A stretch of 64,000 nucleotides of DNA from Anaeromyxobacter sp. (GCA_049840735.1 JASGJN010000021.1:256001-320000); one strand, 5' to 3'. Counted from the first letter of the stretch, positions 44,549-55,282 are shown. Program-made: numbers and translations. Notes: generated by a model from the sequence alone, not told the origin.

Positions 44549-45592
44549 TCAGGGCCGAGCGGCCGCCGGCGCGCTCGCCTGCGCGCGGGCGGCCTCGACC
44601 GTCTCCCCCACCGCCACGGTGCGCACGCGCTCGGCGGTCAGCCCGCGCCGCCGCGCCTCCGCAAGAAGCCGCACCGGCGGCTCGTCCAGCGGCTCGTCCG
44701 TCAGCTTGAAGGTGCCCCAGTGCATGGCCACCAGCTGGCGCGCGCCCAGGTCCACCAGGGCCTGCACCGCCTGCTCCGGGTTCATGTGCTGCCGCTCCAT
44801 GAACCAGCCCGGGTCGTAGGCGCCGATGGGCACCAGCGCCAGGTCGAGGTCCGGGAAGCGGCGGCCGATCTCGGCGAAGCCGCCGAAGAAGGCGGTGTCG
44901 CCGGTGTGGTAGACCGTGCCGCCCCGCCCCTGGATCACGAACCCGCCCCACAGCGTCCGGTTGGTGTCGAACAGGCCTCGCCGGCTCCAGTGCTGCGACG
45001 GCACGAAGGTGATGGTGACGTCGCCGAACCGCACGCTGGACCACCAGCCCAGCTCGGTGCAGAAGAGGCCGCGGTCCCGGAACCAGCGCTCCAGCCCCAG
45101 CCCGGCCACCACCGGCGCGTTCACGGCCTGGAGCGTGGGCAGGTCGAGGTGGTCGTAGTGGCTGTGGCTCACCAGCACGGCGTCGATGTGCGGGAGCTGC
45201 CGGAGCTCCAGCCCGGGCGCCACGTTCCGGTCGATGCCGCCGAAGATCGAGGGGAGGAGCGCCGGGTCGATCAGCAGGGAGATCCCGTCCAGCTGCACCA
45301 GGAAGCTGGCGTGGCCCAGCCAGGTGACGCGGGCGGGCTCGCCCGGCCCGGGCGGCGTCGCCAGCCGGGCCATGTCCGGCGTCACCCGCGGCACCGGCGC
45401 GTGGTCCGGCGCCTTGCGCCGCTTGCCGGTCAGCCGGTCCCAGACCGCCCAGCGCAGCACGCTGCCGAAGGGCGGCGGGCCGGAGCCGTCGAGGTTGACG
45501 AAGCGGCCGCGCGCGTCGCGCGGCTGGACGAGGGCGGCATCGGGGGAGGTGGCGAGCAGGGTGGTCATCGCGGCCATCGCGAGCGTGATCAT
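44549..45592 (-). CDS. MBL-fold metallo-hydrolase (NAPE-PLD/RomA-like)
   Basis: WLGHAS, SHSHYDHLD, QHWSRR, GDT, PIGAYDP, HWGTF. Confidence 0.92.
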   Translation of the reverse strand: MITLAMAAMTTLLATSPDAALVQPRDARGRFVNLDGSGPPPFGSVLRWAVWDRLTGKRRKAPDHAPVPRVTPDMARLATPPGPGEPARVTWLGHASFLVQLDGISLLIDPALLPSIFGGIDRNVAPGLELRQLPHIDAVLVSHSHYDHLDLPTLQAVNAPVVAGLGLERWFRDRGLFCTELGWWSSVRFGDVTITFVPSQHWSRRGLFDTNRTLWGGFVIQGRGGTVYHTGDTAFFGGFAEIGRRFPDLDLALVPIGAYDPGWFMERQHMNPEQAVQALVDLGARQLVAMHWGTFKLTDEPLDEPPVRLLAEARRRGLTAERVRTVAVGETVEAARAQASAPAAARP

Positions 45593-46422
45593 AGGGCCAG
45601 GAGCAGCCTGGTCATGTCGTAGCGCACGTCTCCACGCTCGGAGATCGGCACGGGCGCGGCAGGGAGGCGCAGCCGCTCGACGATCCGGTTGTAGCCCAGG
45701 TCCATCAAGGTGCGGAGGTTCACGGCGTCGTGCAGGTTGTACTCGGCGAAGAGCCGCAGCGCGTCCCCGTCGCCTTGCAGGTGGGCGCGCCAGAGCCGGA
45801 CCGCGTCGCTCCCGGTGAGCCCGTCGAGGTGGGCGGGGCGCCCGACGCCGGTCTCCTTCTCCAGCAGCTTGAGGCCGCCCTGGAAGCCCAGCCGCCGCCA
45901 GAGGTGGAGCAGGTCCACGTGGGCGCGGGGCGCCCGCCAGCGCGGGAAGGCGCGGCGGATGGCCGGCACGTCGAAGGCCAGGCCGTTGAAGGTGACGAGC
46001 AGCTTCCAGCGCTGCGCCGCCTCGGGGAAGTCCGCCAGGTCGCGCCCGGCCAGGAACAGCCGCGGCCCGTCGGCGTCCAGCACGCCGATGCAGGTGAGCG
46101 CGTTGCCGTCGCTCTCCACGTCGAGGAAGGCGGCCTCGCGCGAGAAGGTGCCGTAGAGGCGCCAGCGCTCGGCGCGCGGGAGCAGCGCGGCCAGCGCCTC
46201 GGCGTCACCCCGCTGCAGCGCCGCCTCGGCCACCGGGATGGCGGCGCGGATGCGCGCGTCCACCGCCGGCGAGAGCGCCACCGCGGGCGCGGCCGGGAAG
46301 TCGGACCAGCGCAGCACCCCGGCGTTCCAGAGCCTGGACTCGAGCCAGGCGCCCACGCCCGGCGCGATGCGGAAGGTGCTGCGGATCACGGGGCGCGCAG
46401 TGTAGCGCGCGGGGCCGCTCAT
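45589..46422 (-). CDS. RNase H-like (DnaQ/YprB-type) exonuclease; start may be GTG 46389
   Basis: FLDVE, TFNG..FD, HVDL, GGLK..E, YNLHD. Confidence 0.85.
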   Translation of the reverse strand: MSGPARYTARPVIRSTFRIAPGVGAWLESRLWNAGVLRWSDFPAAPAVALSPAVDARIRAAIPVAEAALQRGDAEALAALLPRAERWRLYGTFSREAAFLDVESDGNALTCIGVLDADGPRLFLAGRDLADFPEAAQRWKLLVTFNGLAFDVPAIRRAFPRWRAPRAHVDLLHLWRRLGFQGGLKLLEKETGVGRPAHLDGLTGSDAVRLWRAHLQGDGDALRLFAEYNLHDAVNLRTLMDLGYNRIVERLRLPAAPVPISERGDVRYDMTRLLLAL

Positions 46423-47120
46423 CGCTCGCGGAGATTCCTGGGCTTCGACTCCGCGAGCCCTGCGGGCTCGCTACGCTCAGCCCGAACGGATCTGCGACGG
46501 TACCGAGGAGCCCTGCGACCGGGTCATCGCTCGCGGAGAATCCTGGGCTTCGACTCCGCGAGCCCTGCGGGCTCGCTACGCTCAGCCCGAACGGATCTGC
46601 GACGGTACCGAGGAGCCCTGCGACCGGGTCATCGCTCGCGGAGAATCCTGGGCTTCGACTCCGCGAGCCCTGCGGGCTCGCTACGCTCAGCCCGAACGGA
46701 TCTGCGACCGGTACCGAGGAGCCCTGCGACCGGGTCATCGCTCGCGGAGATTCCTGGGCTTCGACTCCGCGAGCCCTGCGGGCTCGCTACGCCCAGCCCG
46801 AACGGATCTGCCACCGTATCGAGGAGCCCTACGACCGGCTCATCGCTCGCGGAGATTCCTGGGCTTCGACTCCGCGAGCCCTGCGGGCTCGCTACGCCCA
46901 GCCCGAACGGATCTGCGACGGTACCGAGGACCCTCCGACCGGCTCATCGCTCGCGGAGATTCCTGGGCTTCGACTCCGCGAGCCCTGCGGGCTCGCTACG
47001 CTCAGCCCGAACGGATTCGCGACCGGTACCGAGGAGCCCTACGACCGGTTCGGGGGGATTCTGCAATCCGTTCGGCCTGAGCGTAGGGCCCGCCCTCCGG
47101 CGGGCCCGGAGTCGAAGGCC
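46419..47120. repeat. Six tandem 104-106 bp units, each with one REP, closed by one inverted REP
   Basis: TCATCGCTCG at 46419, 46524, 46629, 46735, 46840 and 46944; inverted copy at 47068-47120. Confidence 0.95.
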
Positions 47121-47154
47121 AGGCCTCGAGCGCGCCCTGACGAGAACGCGGCGC

Positions 47155-48307
47155 TCAGGCCTGCGCGGCCTGCTCCGCCAGCTCCGGCGCGGCCGGCAGC
47201 ACCACGCGGAAGGTGCTGCCCTGGCCCAGCTGGCTCTCAACCGAGATGCGGCCCCCGTGGGCCTCGGTCACCCGGCGCGCGATGTAGAGCCCCAGCCCCA
47301 GCCCCTCGGGGCGGCGGGCGCCGGCGGCGCGGAAGTAGCGGTCGAAGATGCGCGGCAGGTCCTCCGGCGCGATGCCGATGCCGCGGTCGCAGACGGCCAG
47401 GGCCACCTCCCCCGGCCCGGCCAGCTCCAGCCGCACCTGCACCGCGCTCTGCGGCGGCGAGTACTTGAGGGCGTTGCTGAGCAGGTTGACCAGCAGGCGC
47501 TCGATGCGCGGCCCGTCGGCGCGGGCGCAGGGCAGGCCCGGGGCGCAGGAGACCTGGATCCGGTCCACCTCCAGCCCGCCGCGCAGCCGCTCCAGCACCT
47601 CGCTCACCAGCTCGCGCAGGTCCACCGCGCTGCGCTGCAGCCGCAGCTGCCCGGCCTCCAGCAGCGTGGTCTCGACCAGGTCCTGGATCATGCCGTTCAT
47701 CCGCTCGCAGCTGCGGACGATGGACCGGCCGCGCTCCTGCGTGCGCGCGTCGGCGCTGCGCTGGAGCAGGTGCGCCTGCGTGTAGACCGCGTTGAGCGGG
47801 GTGCGCAGGTCGTGGCTGATCATCCGGACCAGGTCGTCGCGCGCCTCCTGCAGCTCGTGGACGGCGGTTCTCGTCGGAGAAGGTGGCCACCGCGCCCACG
47901 ATGGCGCCGTCCGGGCTGCGCACCGGCGCGGCGCTCACCACCAGCCAGACGGTGCGGTTGGCGCCGGCGGCGCGCAGCCGCAGGCCGCGGATGGTCTCGC
48001 CGGCCAGCGCCCGGGCGGCCGGCCAGTCCTCCAGCGTCGCGCCCGGCGAGCCGACGTCGATCTCCAGGTCGCGCAGCGGCGCGTGCGGGTCGATGCCCAG
48101 GTCGCGCAGCAGCGCCTCGGCCGGCGCGTTCATGCGGACGGGCGCTCCGGAGGGATTGTAGAGCACGAAGCCGTCGGACAGCGAGGCCATCACGGCCTCG
48201 AGCTCCACCAGCGCGTGCGCCCCCCCCGCCGCCGGCGCGCCGCCACCCTGGCTGGCCTGGCCCGCTCCCTGGTCGGGAGGGGCAGGTGCTGCAGCCTGCT
48301 CGTTCAT
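47155..48307 (-). CDS. PAS-domain sensor histidine kinase; +1 frameshift near 47869
   Basis: PAS-like N-terminal half; SHDLRTPL, NLLSNALKY, DRGIGI, GLGLGL. Confidence 0.87.
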
Positions 48308-48382
48308 CGCGTCCCCCCGGACGCAGGGAGCGTACCGCACTCGCGGTGCGAACGGGCGTGCCCCGGGAGGTTGCCTCGGTTG

Positions 48383-50242
48383 TTAGCGCTCCCAGGCGCT
48401 CCGCCAGGCACCCGTCTGCTCGGCGTGGCGGAAGAACGCCTCGAGGAACGGGTGGCGCGTGACGGTGGCGCCGTCGCCCACCACCACCAGCTTCTTGCGC
48501 GCCCGGGTGATGGCCACGTTGAGCCGGCGAACGTCGGCGAGGAATCCCACCTCACCCGCCTCGTTCGATTGGACCAGCGAGACCACCACCGCGTCCTTCT
48601 CGCGCCCCTGGAAGCCGTCCACGGTGTCCACCTCGAGCCCTCGCTCGAGCGGCTCCGCGAGGAGTGCGCGCAGCCGCTGCACCTGGGCGTCGTAGGGCGA
48701 GATGACCGCCACCTCGGCGGGAGCGACGCCCAGCGCCAGCACCCGCTCCACCTCGGCCACCACCAGCTCGGCCTCGCCGGGGTTGTGCTTGGAGTCGGAT
48801 CCCTCCGGCGTCTCCTCCTCGAAGCCGCGGCCGGCGGTGTCCACCAGCTCCAGCGGCGCGGCGTCGATGGCCCGGTGGGCGACCGCCGGGTGGGCGCGCA
48901 GCGCGCCGCCGTAGAGCGCGGCCGAGGGGAAGGCCATGATCTGCTCGTTCATGCGGTGCTGCTCGGCCAGCGTGACCTTGACGGCGTCGCCGTGGAGCTG
49001 CAGCAGCCGCTCGAAGAGCGACACGCCCAGCCCGCCGGCCTGCGCCGCGGCCGAGAGCACCGTGGGCGGCAGCTGCAGGTGATCGCCGGCCAGCACCACC
49101 CGCTCGGCGCGGAGCAGCGCCAGCGCCGCGGCCGGCTCGACCGCCTGCGTGGCCTCGTCCAGCACCGCCAGCGGGTAGCGCCGCCCGGCCAGCGCCGGCC
49201 CGTCCAGCGAGGTGAGCGTGGCCAGCACCACCTGGGCCCGGTCCAGCACCGCGGCCTCGGCCCGCGCCTCCAGCCGGCGCGCCTCGGCCAGCAGCGCGCG
49301 GGCGTCGCGCTCCTGCGCGCGCGCCTCGCTGAACCGCCCCGGCCCGCGACGCCCCTTGCGCTTGCGGGCGCTGCGGCGCAGGTCGATGGCCTCCTCCACC
49401 AGCCCGCGCGCGATGCGCGCCGACTCGTGCCCCTCCACCCGCGCCTCCAGCGTGTGCTCGAGCAGGGTGGGGAGCACGCGCGCCGGGTGGCCGACCCGGA
49501 CGCAGTCCAGCCCGGCCGCCACCAGCCGCTCCAGCAGGTTGTCCACGGCCAGGTTGGACGGCGCCGCGGCCAGCACCTGCTCGCCGCGCGCCGCGGCCCG
49601 GCGGATCAGCTCCACCAGCACCGTGGTCTTGCCGGTCCCGGGCGGCCCGTGCACCAGCGCCAGGTCCTCGGCGCGCTCGGCCAGCGCCAGCGCTGCGCGC
49701 TGCTCCGGGTTGAGCGGCGCGGGCAGCTCCGGCCCGCGCGGCGCGGCCAGGAAGCGCGGCGCCACCCCGCCCAGCACGCCGTGCCAGCGCTTCCCCTCGC
49801 GCGTGTCGCGCAGCCGCACCAGCCCCGCCGCCAGCCGCTCCCAGGTGACCGGCGACGGCTCCAGCTCCAGCACCACCCGGCCGTCGGTGACCCAGTCCGG
49901 CGGCGGCTCGTCGAAGGCCACCGCCAGCTGCGTCCGCGTCCGCCGCGCCACCACGCCGCTGGGCGCGTCGTCCCGCGCCTCGCGGCGGAGCCCGACGCTC
50001 ACCAGGCTGCCCACGCCCAGGCGCCCGCCCGGCAGCGGCCTGCCGCCCCGCGCGAAGGTCACCAGCGCGCGCCCCGCCAGCGCCCCCTCGCTCACCGCCT
50101 CGGCGTCGGCGATGGCCAGCCCGCGCACCTCGCGCTCGGCGAGCGAGAGCCGGCCGCGGGCCTCGGCCAGGCGCGCGCGCTCCTCGTCGCGCTCGGCGGC
50201 GAGCAGCTCGGAGAGGCGGGCCAGGTGGGGGAGGAGATCCAA
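48383..50242 (-). CDS. Superfamily 1 helicase (IGHMBP2/Upf1-like); start uncertain
   Basis: HGPPGTGKT, APSNLAVD, DEATQ, GDHLQLPP, QHRM, TVDGFQGREKD, RRLNVAITRAR. Confidence 0.93.
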   Translation of the reverse strand: MDLLPHLARLSELLAAERDEERARLAEARGRLSLAEREVRGLAIADAEAVSEGALAGRALVTFARGGRPLPGGRLGVGSLVSVGLRREARDDAPSGVVARRTRTQLAVAFDEPPPDWVTDGRVVLELEPSPVTWERLAAGLVRLRDTREGKRWHGVLGGVAPRFLAAPRGPELPAPLNPEQRAALALAERAEDLALVHGPPGTGKTTVLVELIRRAAARGEQVLAAAPSNLAVDNLLERLVAAGLDCVRVGHPARVLPTLLEHTLEARVEGHESARIARGLVEEAIDLRRSARKRKGRRGPGRFSEARAQERDARALLAEARRLEARAEAAVLDRAQVVLATLTSLDGPALAGRRYPLAVLDEATQAVEPAAALALLRAERVVLAGDHLQLPPTVLSAAAQAGGLGVSLFERLLQLHGDAVKVTLAEQHRMNEQIMAFPSAALYGGALRAHPAVAHRAIDAAPLELVDTAGRGFEEETPEGSDSKHNPGEAELVVAEVERVLALGVAPAEVAVISPYDAQVQRLRALLAEPLERGLEVDTVDGFQGREKDAVVVSLVQSNEAGEVGFLADVRRLNVAITRARKKLVVVGDGATVTRHPFLEAFFRHAEQTGAWRSAWER

Positions 50243-50324
50243 GGTGTGGAGCCTACACGCGCCGGCGCGCCGCGCCAGCGGCCGCTTCCGCGGCGCGGGC
50301 CCGCCCTCTATAGTCGGTCCCTCC

Positions 50325-50702
50325 ATGGCCGGCGAGTACGTCCTCTGGTTCGACGCGCGCTGCTCGGCGTCGAAGCGCGCGCTGGCGCTGCTGCGCGAGC
50401 GCGGGATCGAGCCCGAGCTGCGCCGCCACCTGGAGGAGCCGCCGTCGGCCGAGGAGCTGTGGGCCCTGCTCCACCGGCTCGGCTGCAGCGCGCACGCGGT
50501 GGTCCGCACCGACGAGGACGAGTACCAGGCCCTGCGCCTCTCCCCCCGCACGCCCGAGCCGGAGCTGGTGGAGGCCCTCACCGCCCACCCGCGCATCCTC
50601 GACCGGCCCATCCTGGTGGCGGGCGGGCGGGCGGTGATCGGGCGCCCGCCGGAGCGGGTGCTCGAGCTCCTGCCCCCCGGAGCTCCCCCCACGCCGGGCT
50701 GA
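50325..50702 (+). CDS. ArsC/Spx family protein
   Basis: RCSASKRA, HPRILDRPI, IGRPPE. Confidence 0.85.
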   Translation: MAGEYVLWFDARCSASKRALALLRERGIEPELRRHLEEPPSAEELWALLHRLGCSAHAVVRTDEDEYQALRLSPRTPEPELVEALTAHPRILDRPILVAGGRAVIGRPPERVLELLPPGAPPTPG

Positions 50703-50855
50703 TCCGGCGATATCTGCCGATGTCGGGCGATGACGCACGGAGTCCCCCGGCCGAGGTCACATGATCGGCGCATACCGCCGTGGCGCGGCCGCGTGGCAGG
50801 ATGTCACGCCTGCGCTGGCGCCCGCGCGCCGGAGGCAGCAGATCCGGGGGCAGCG

Positions 50856-51275
50856 GTGACCGACGAAGCCAAGCCAGGAACGGTGCAGGACAAGCCGAGG
50901 GGCCGGGTCCTGGTGGTGGACGACGACCCGCTGGTCGGATCGGCGCTCTCCCGCGCGCTCGCCAGCCAGCACGAGGTCACGGTGATGCAGGACGCCCAGG
51001 CCGCGCTGGGCCGGCTCACCGGCGGCGAGAGCTTCGACGTGATCCTCTGCGACCTGCTCATGCCGGCCATGACCGGCATGGAGCTGCACGCCGCCATCGC
51101 GGCGCGCGCGCCGGCGCTGGCCGAGCGCATGGTCTTCCTCACCGGAGGCGCCTACACCGACGCGGCCCGGGCCTTCGTGGAGCAGGCCGGCGTCACCTGC
51201 GTCGAGAAGCCGTTCGAGCTGGCCGGCCTGCGCGCGCTGGTGAACGCGCGGGTCCAGGCGGCGCGGGCCGGCTAG
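50856..51275 (+). CDS. Single-domain response regulator
   Basis: VLVVDDD, CDLLMP, FLTGG, KPF. Confidence 0.9.
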   Translation: MTDEAKPGTVQDKPRGRVLVVDDDPLVGSALSRALASQHEVTVMQDAQAALGRLTGGESFDVILCDLLMPAMTGMELHAAIAARAPALAERMVFLTGGAYTDAARAFVEQAGVTCVEKPFELAGLRALVNARVQAARAG

Positions 51276-52063
51276 AAGCTGAACGCGATCCCGACAGGCA
51301 GGACCGTCACCGTGGCCCCGGAGGCCGTCCCGCCGCTGCTGGCGCGCGGGTGGAGCAGCCGCGGCACGGCGATGCCGGCGGCGGTGCCCACCGCCGCGCC
51401 CACCAGCACGTCGGTCAGGTAGTGCTTGTCGCCGGCGATGCGCAGGTAGCCCACGCCCGCCGCGGCCGTCAGCCCCACGCCCCAGACCCAGGGCGCGCCC
51501 TCGTAGCCGCGCAGCTGCGCCACGGTGCCGGTGGCGGCCACCAGCGAGAAGGCCAGGCTGCTGTGGCCGGAGAAGAAGGAGAGGTTGTCGTCCGGATCGT
51601 GCGGGCGCGAAGGGTCGGCGTGCGCGAAGGGGCGCTGGCGGCCCACCGCGTACTTCACGAGCTGGGTCACGCTGGTGGCGACCGCCGTGGCCTCGGCCAC
51701 GTAGAGGACGTTCTTGCCGCCCTCCTCCCAGCTGCCGCCCTGGCCGTGTCCGGCCAGCAGCGCGTAGGCGGCCGAGGCCGGGACCATCGAGATCGCCAGC
51801 ACGTCAGAGGCGCGCTGGGCCCGCAGCGGGGAGCCTGAGAGCAGGGCGTTCCGGGCGGCGGTGTCGAGCGGGCCGGGGTTGCACCAGCGGCAGGTGACCG
51901 GGGCCAGCTCGCTCTTGAGCAGCTCGGTGGTGCCGGTGAACGCCAGCGCCGAGCCGGTGATGACGTAGTCGGAGGTCAGGTCGTCGTCCCCGCGGAGCGC
52001 GTGCCCCTGCGCGGCCGCGGCGGCGGGCAGGAGCGCGATCAGCAGGGCAAGGGCGCGGGACAT
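51272..52063 (-). CDS. PAP2 family phosphatase
   Basis: K..VGRQRP, SFFSGH, RIAGDKHYLTD. Confidence 0.88.
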   Translation of the reverse strand: MSRALALLIALLPAAAAAQGHALRGDDDLTSDYVITGSALAFTGTTELLKSELAPVTCRWCNPGPLDTAARNALLSGSPLRAQRASDVLAISMVPASAAYALLAGHGQGGSWEEGGKNVLYVAEATAVATSVTQLVKYAVGRQRPFAHADPSRPHDPDDNLSFFSGHSSLAFSLVAATGTVAQLRGYEGAPWVWGVGLTAAAGVGYLRIAGDKHYLTDVLVGAAVGTAAGIAVPRLLHPRASSGGTASGATVTVLPVGIAFSF

Positions 52064-52090
52064 GCGGGCAAGCTATCATCCCGCCCAGCC

Positions 52091-52408
52091 ATGGCCCACC
52101 CGCCGCGCGAGCCGGACGCAGCCCCCGGAGCCGAGCCCGGCCCGGACGAGCCGGTGGCGCTGCCGCTGGACGGGACGCTCGACCTTCACACCTTCGCGCC
52201 CTCCGAGGTCGGCGACCTGGTCCCGGAGTGGCTGGGCGCCTGCCACGCGGCCGGGCTGCGCGAGCTGCGGATCGTGCACGGCAAGGGGACCGGCGCCCTG
52301 CGCCGGAGCGTGCACGCGCTGCTGGCGCGGGATCCGCGGGTGGCGTCGTTCGCCACGGCCGGCGAGGACGGCGGCGGGTGGGGGGCGACGGTGGTGACGC
52401 TGAGGTAG
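52091..52408 (+). CDS. Smr/MutS2 domain protein
   Basis: LDLH, IVHGKGTG, GGWGAT. Confidence 0.92.
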   Translation: MAHPPREPDAAPGAEPGPDEPVALPLDGTLDLHTFAPSEVGDLVPEWLGACHAAGLRELRIVHGKGTGALRRSVHALLARDPRVASFATAGEDGGGWGATVVTLR

Positions 52409-52434
52409 GGCGGCGCTCGCGGCGCGCTTTCGAG

Positions 52435-52695
52435 CCCGTTCATCCTTCGACTCCGGGCCCGGTGGTCCAGCCCGCGCACGCCGCGCCGGGCCCTACGCTC
52501 AGGACGAGCGGAGTTGACGCCGGCCGGCGCACGGATTCACCCCCGGTCACCCTGGGCGTAGGCCTGCCCTACGCTCAGGACGAACGGGGTTGACGCCGGC
52601 CGGCGCACGGGTTCACCCCCGGTCACCCTGAGCGTAGGCCCCGTCATGCGTCGCGCGGACCCGGCTGGCGGGCCGGAGTCGAAGGGCGACCGGGG
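52435..52695. repeat. Inverted REP pair with an internal 76 bp duplication, between convergent genes
   Basis: GCCCTACGCTCAGGACGA at 52490 and 52566; terminal elements at ~52435-52511 and ~52618-52695. Confidence 0.88.
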
Positions 52696-52750
52696 GGCCC
52701 GAAGGCCGGAAGGCGATCGGGCTGAGCGCAACGGCTGAGAGCCGCTCTCC

Positions 52751-53950
52751 TCACACCCCCTTCGCCGCCTCCTCCAGCACCCTCTCCAGCGCCGCCACCT
52801 CCGGCCCGCTCCCCTGCGCCGCGTCCGGCGCGCCGCCGCCCTTGCCGCCCAGCGCCGCCGCGGCGACCTTGAGCCGCTCGCCAAGGTGCGGGCCCTCTCC
52901 GCGCGGGCGCGCGAAGGCCAGGTACGCCCGCCCCTCCTCCACCGCCCCCAGCAGCGCGATCCGTCCGCGGCCGGCCAGCGCCAGCGACACGGCCTTGAGC
53001 CAGGTCGCCGCTCCGGGCGCCGGCGGGGACAGCGTGGCCCGCACCACGGCCGGCGCGAGCGCGCCGAGCCGGTCGGCCTCGCCCTCCGCCAGCGCACCCA
53101 GCAGCCTCTCCACGTCCTTGCGCCGGGCCGACAGCTCGGCGCCGGTGCGCGCCGCGGCCTCCGGCACCTCGGCCGGCGCGCAGCGCAGCGCCGCGGCCGC
53201 CTCGGCCAGCCGGCTGCCGGCCACCGAGAGCATGCGGACCACCCGCCCGCCGCAGGCGAACTCGACGCGGCTGCCGCTGCCCCACTTCACCGCCCGGAGC
53301 ACGGCGATGGCCCCCACCGCGCCGGTGCGGCGCGGGTGGGTGCCGCCGCAGGGCGACGCGTCGATCACCGTGGCGTCGTCCGCGTCGCCCTCGCGCACCA
53401 CCACCACGCGCGCCCCCTTCTCCGGCGCCTTGCGGAGCGGCAGCCGGGCCAGCTCCTCAGGCGCGAAGGTGCGGACCGTGACGGGCAGGTCGGCGAAGAC
53501 CAGCCGGTTGGCCTCGGCCTCCACGGCCCGCAGCACCTCCGGGCCCAGCGCGCCGGGCGCGCGGTCCAGGTCGATGGTGCAGAGCTCGGCCCCCAGGTGG
53601 AAGGAGAGCGTGCGCGCGCCCGCCACCCGCTCGAAGGCGGCCGAGAGCAGGTGCTGGCCGTGGTGCTGCTGCAGGTGGTCGAGCCGCCGGGCGCCGTCCA
53701 CCTCGCCCGCCACGTGGCCGGTCGGCGCCGCCCCCTCCAGCGCGTGGAGCACCTCCCCCCCGACCTCCTGGACGTCCACCACCGGCACGCCGCCCAGCTG
53801 GCCCCGGTCGGCCGGCTGTCCGCCGCCCTCCGGGTAGAAGGCGGTCCGGTCCAGCACCACCGCCAGGCGCCCCGCCAGCTCGCGGACGGCCAGCACCTGG
53901 GCCTCGAAGCGGAGGAGCGACGGATCGTCGAGGTCGAGTCGGACGGTCAT
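52751..53950 (-). CDS. Alanyl-tRNA editing protein (AlaX-type) with DHHA1 domain
   Basis: TAFYPEGGGQPAD, QHHGQHLLS, CGGTH, GKGGG..AQG. Confidence 0.9.
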   Translation of the reverse strand: MTVRLDLDDPSLLRFEAQVLAVRELAGRLAVVLDRTAFYPEGGGQPADRGQLGGVPVVDVQEVGGEVLHALEGAAPTGHVAGEVDGARRLDHLQQHHGQHLLSAAFERVAGARTLSFHLGAELCTIDLDRAPGALGPEVLRAVEAEANRLVFADLPVTVRTFAPEELARLPLRKAPEKGARVVVVREGDADDATVIDASPCGGTHPRRTGAVGAIAVLRAVKWGSGSRVEFACGGRVVRMLSVAGSRLAEAAAALRCAPAEVPEAAARTGAELSARRKDVERLLGALAEGEADRLGALAPAVVRATLSPPAPGAATWLKAVSLALAGRGRIALLGAVEEGRAYLAFARPRGEGPHLGERLKVAAAALGGKGGGAPDAAQGSGPEVAALERVLEEAAKGV

Positions 53951-54019
53951 GGCGGGGCAGTGTAGCCGCGGGGCCGCCCACCGCCCACGCCGGACCATCC
54001 CCGTGCCCACCTTGGCGGC

Positions 54020-54424
54020 ATGAAGCTCGTCATCCACGCCCACCACCTGGCCCTCCCGCCGGACCTCGGCACGTTCCTCCAGAAGCACGTCACCCGGCCG
54101 CTCGCCCGGCTCCATGACGACCCGGCCGCTTCGCTCTCCGTCTTCCTGAGCGACACGCGCGCGCAGCGGGGCGGCGTGGACCAGGAGTGCCGCCTGGCCT
54201 TCCGCATCCCCGGCGCGCGCTCGCTCACCGTGACCAGCGTCCAGGCCGACCTGTACCAGGCGCTGCTCGACTGCACCGACCGGCTGAAGCGGCTCGTGAA
54301 GCGCGAGGTCGCCAAGATGCGGAGCGGCTCGCGCAAGCCCATGCACCGCCCGCTGGGCCGGAGCTGGCGCGAGCGCTCCTCCCGCACCGGGACCACGCCC
54401 GAGGGTGATCCGGCCGCGCTGTGA
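54020..54424 (+). CDS. HPF/RaiA family ribosome-associated protein
   Basis: Beta-alpha-beta-beta-beta-alpha pattern, DLYQALL...RLKR, basic tail. Confidence 0.75.
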   Translation: MKLVIHAHHLALPPDLGTFLQKHVTRPLARLHDDPAASLSVFLSDTRAQRGGVDQECRLAFRIPGARSLTVTSVQADLYQALLDCTDRLKRLVKREVAKMRSGSRKPMHRPLGRSWRERSSRTGTTPEGDPAAL

Positions 54425-54481
54425 GGCGTGCCGGGCGGGTCACGGGCCGCACAGGCCCGGGGTGCTGCTACCATCGCCCGC

Positions 54482-55162
54482 ATGGGCCTCACCTCCCGCT
54501 GTACCGCGCTCCTCGCCGGCGCCCTCGCCTGGGCGGCGTCGGCCTGCACGCCCTCGCGGAGCGGCGCACCGGTCCCCGGCACCGTCGCCGCGGTGGGCGA
54601 CTCGATCACGCAGGGCGTCGCGCGGGAGCTGCCCAACATCCACACGCCCTACCCCGACACGCTGCAGCGCAGGCTGGGGCCGGGCTGGCGGGTGCGGAAC
54701 TTCGGCGTGGGCGGCTACCGCGTGGCGGAGGTGGCGGCGCGCTGGGAGCGCCGCGTCCGGGGCCGGGGCTATGCGACGGTGGTGGTCCTGGCCGGCATCA
54801 ACGACCTGCAGCTGGGCGCCGCCGCGGAGGAGGTGTCGTCGCAGCTGGAGCGGCTGCACCAGGCGATCCGCGCGGACGGCTCGACCGTGGTGGCGGTGAC
54901 GGTGACGCCGTACCGGGGCTGGGCGCTGAATCCCTGGACCGAGGAGCGGCAGCGGGCGATCGACGCCGTGAACGCGCGGCTCCGCTCCTCCTGCACCCAG
55001 CCCGGGTGCCGGCTGGTGGAGGCGGGGGCGACGCTGGAGGACCCAGCCCGGCCGGGCGCGCTCCTCCCGGCCTTCGACCAGGGCGATCACCTCCACCTCT
55101 CCCAGGCCGGCCTGGATCGGCTGGCCGAGCTGGTCGAGGCCGCGCTGCGCCAGCCCCCCTGA
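54482..55162 (+). CDS. SGNH/GDSL hydrolase (probable lipoprotein)
   Basis: GDSIT, NFGVGG, GIND, DHLH. Confidence 0.9.
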   Translation: MGLTSRCTALLAGALAWAASACTPSRSGAPVPGTVAAVGDSITQGVARELPNIHTPYPDTLQRRLGPGWRVRNFGVGGYRVAEVAARWERRVRGRGYATVVVLAGINDLQLGAAAEEVSSQLERLHQAIRADGSTVVAVTVTPYRGWALNPWTEERQRAIDAVNARLRSSCTQPGCRLVEAGATLEDPARPGALLPAFDQGDHLHLSQAGLDRLAELVEAALRQPP

Positions 55163-55282
55163 CACCCGCCCACATCGGTGCCGACCCCAAGGTTGTAGCT
55201 CGTCGTTCCGCGCCTCCTTCACGTTGTGTGCTGGGACTTGGGGCGCGAACGGGTGGTTCAATCCCCCGCGGGAACCAGCCCC

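Noticed and set aside
46419..47050. CRISPR array next to a nuclease gene
   Set aside because: The inter-palindrome segments are near-identical copies rather than spacers, and the neighbour is an RNase H-like exonuclease with no Cas motifs.
55245..55280. tRNA 3' end (GGTTCAATCCC...CCA)
   Set aside because: The T-stem does not pair properly, spacing to CCA is 2 nt short, and there is no acceptor, D or anticodon arm.
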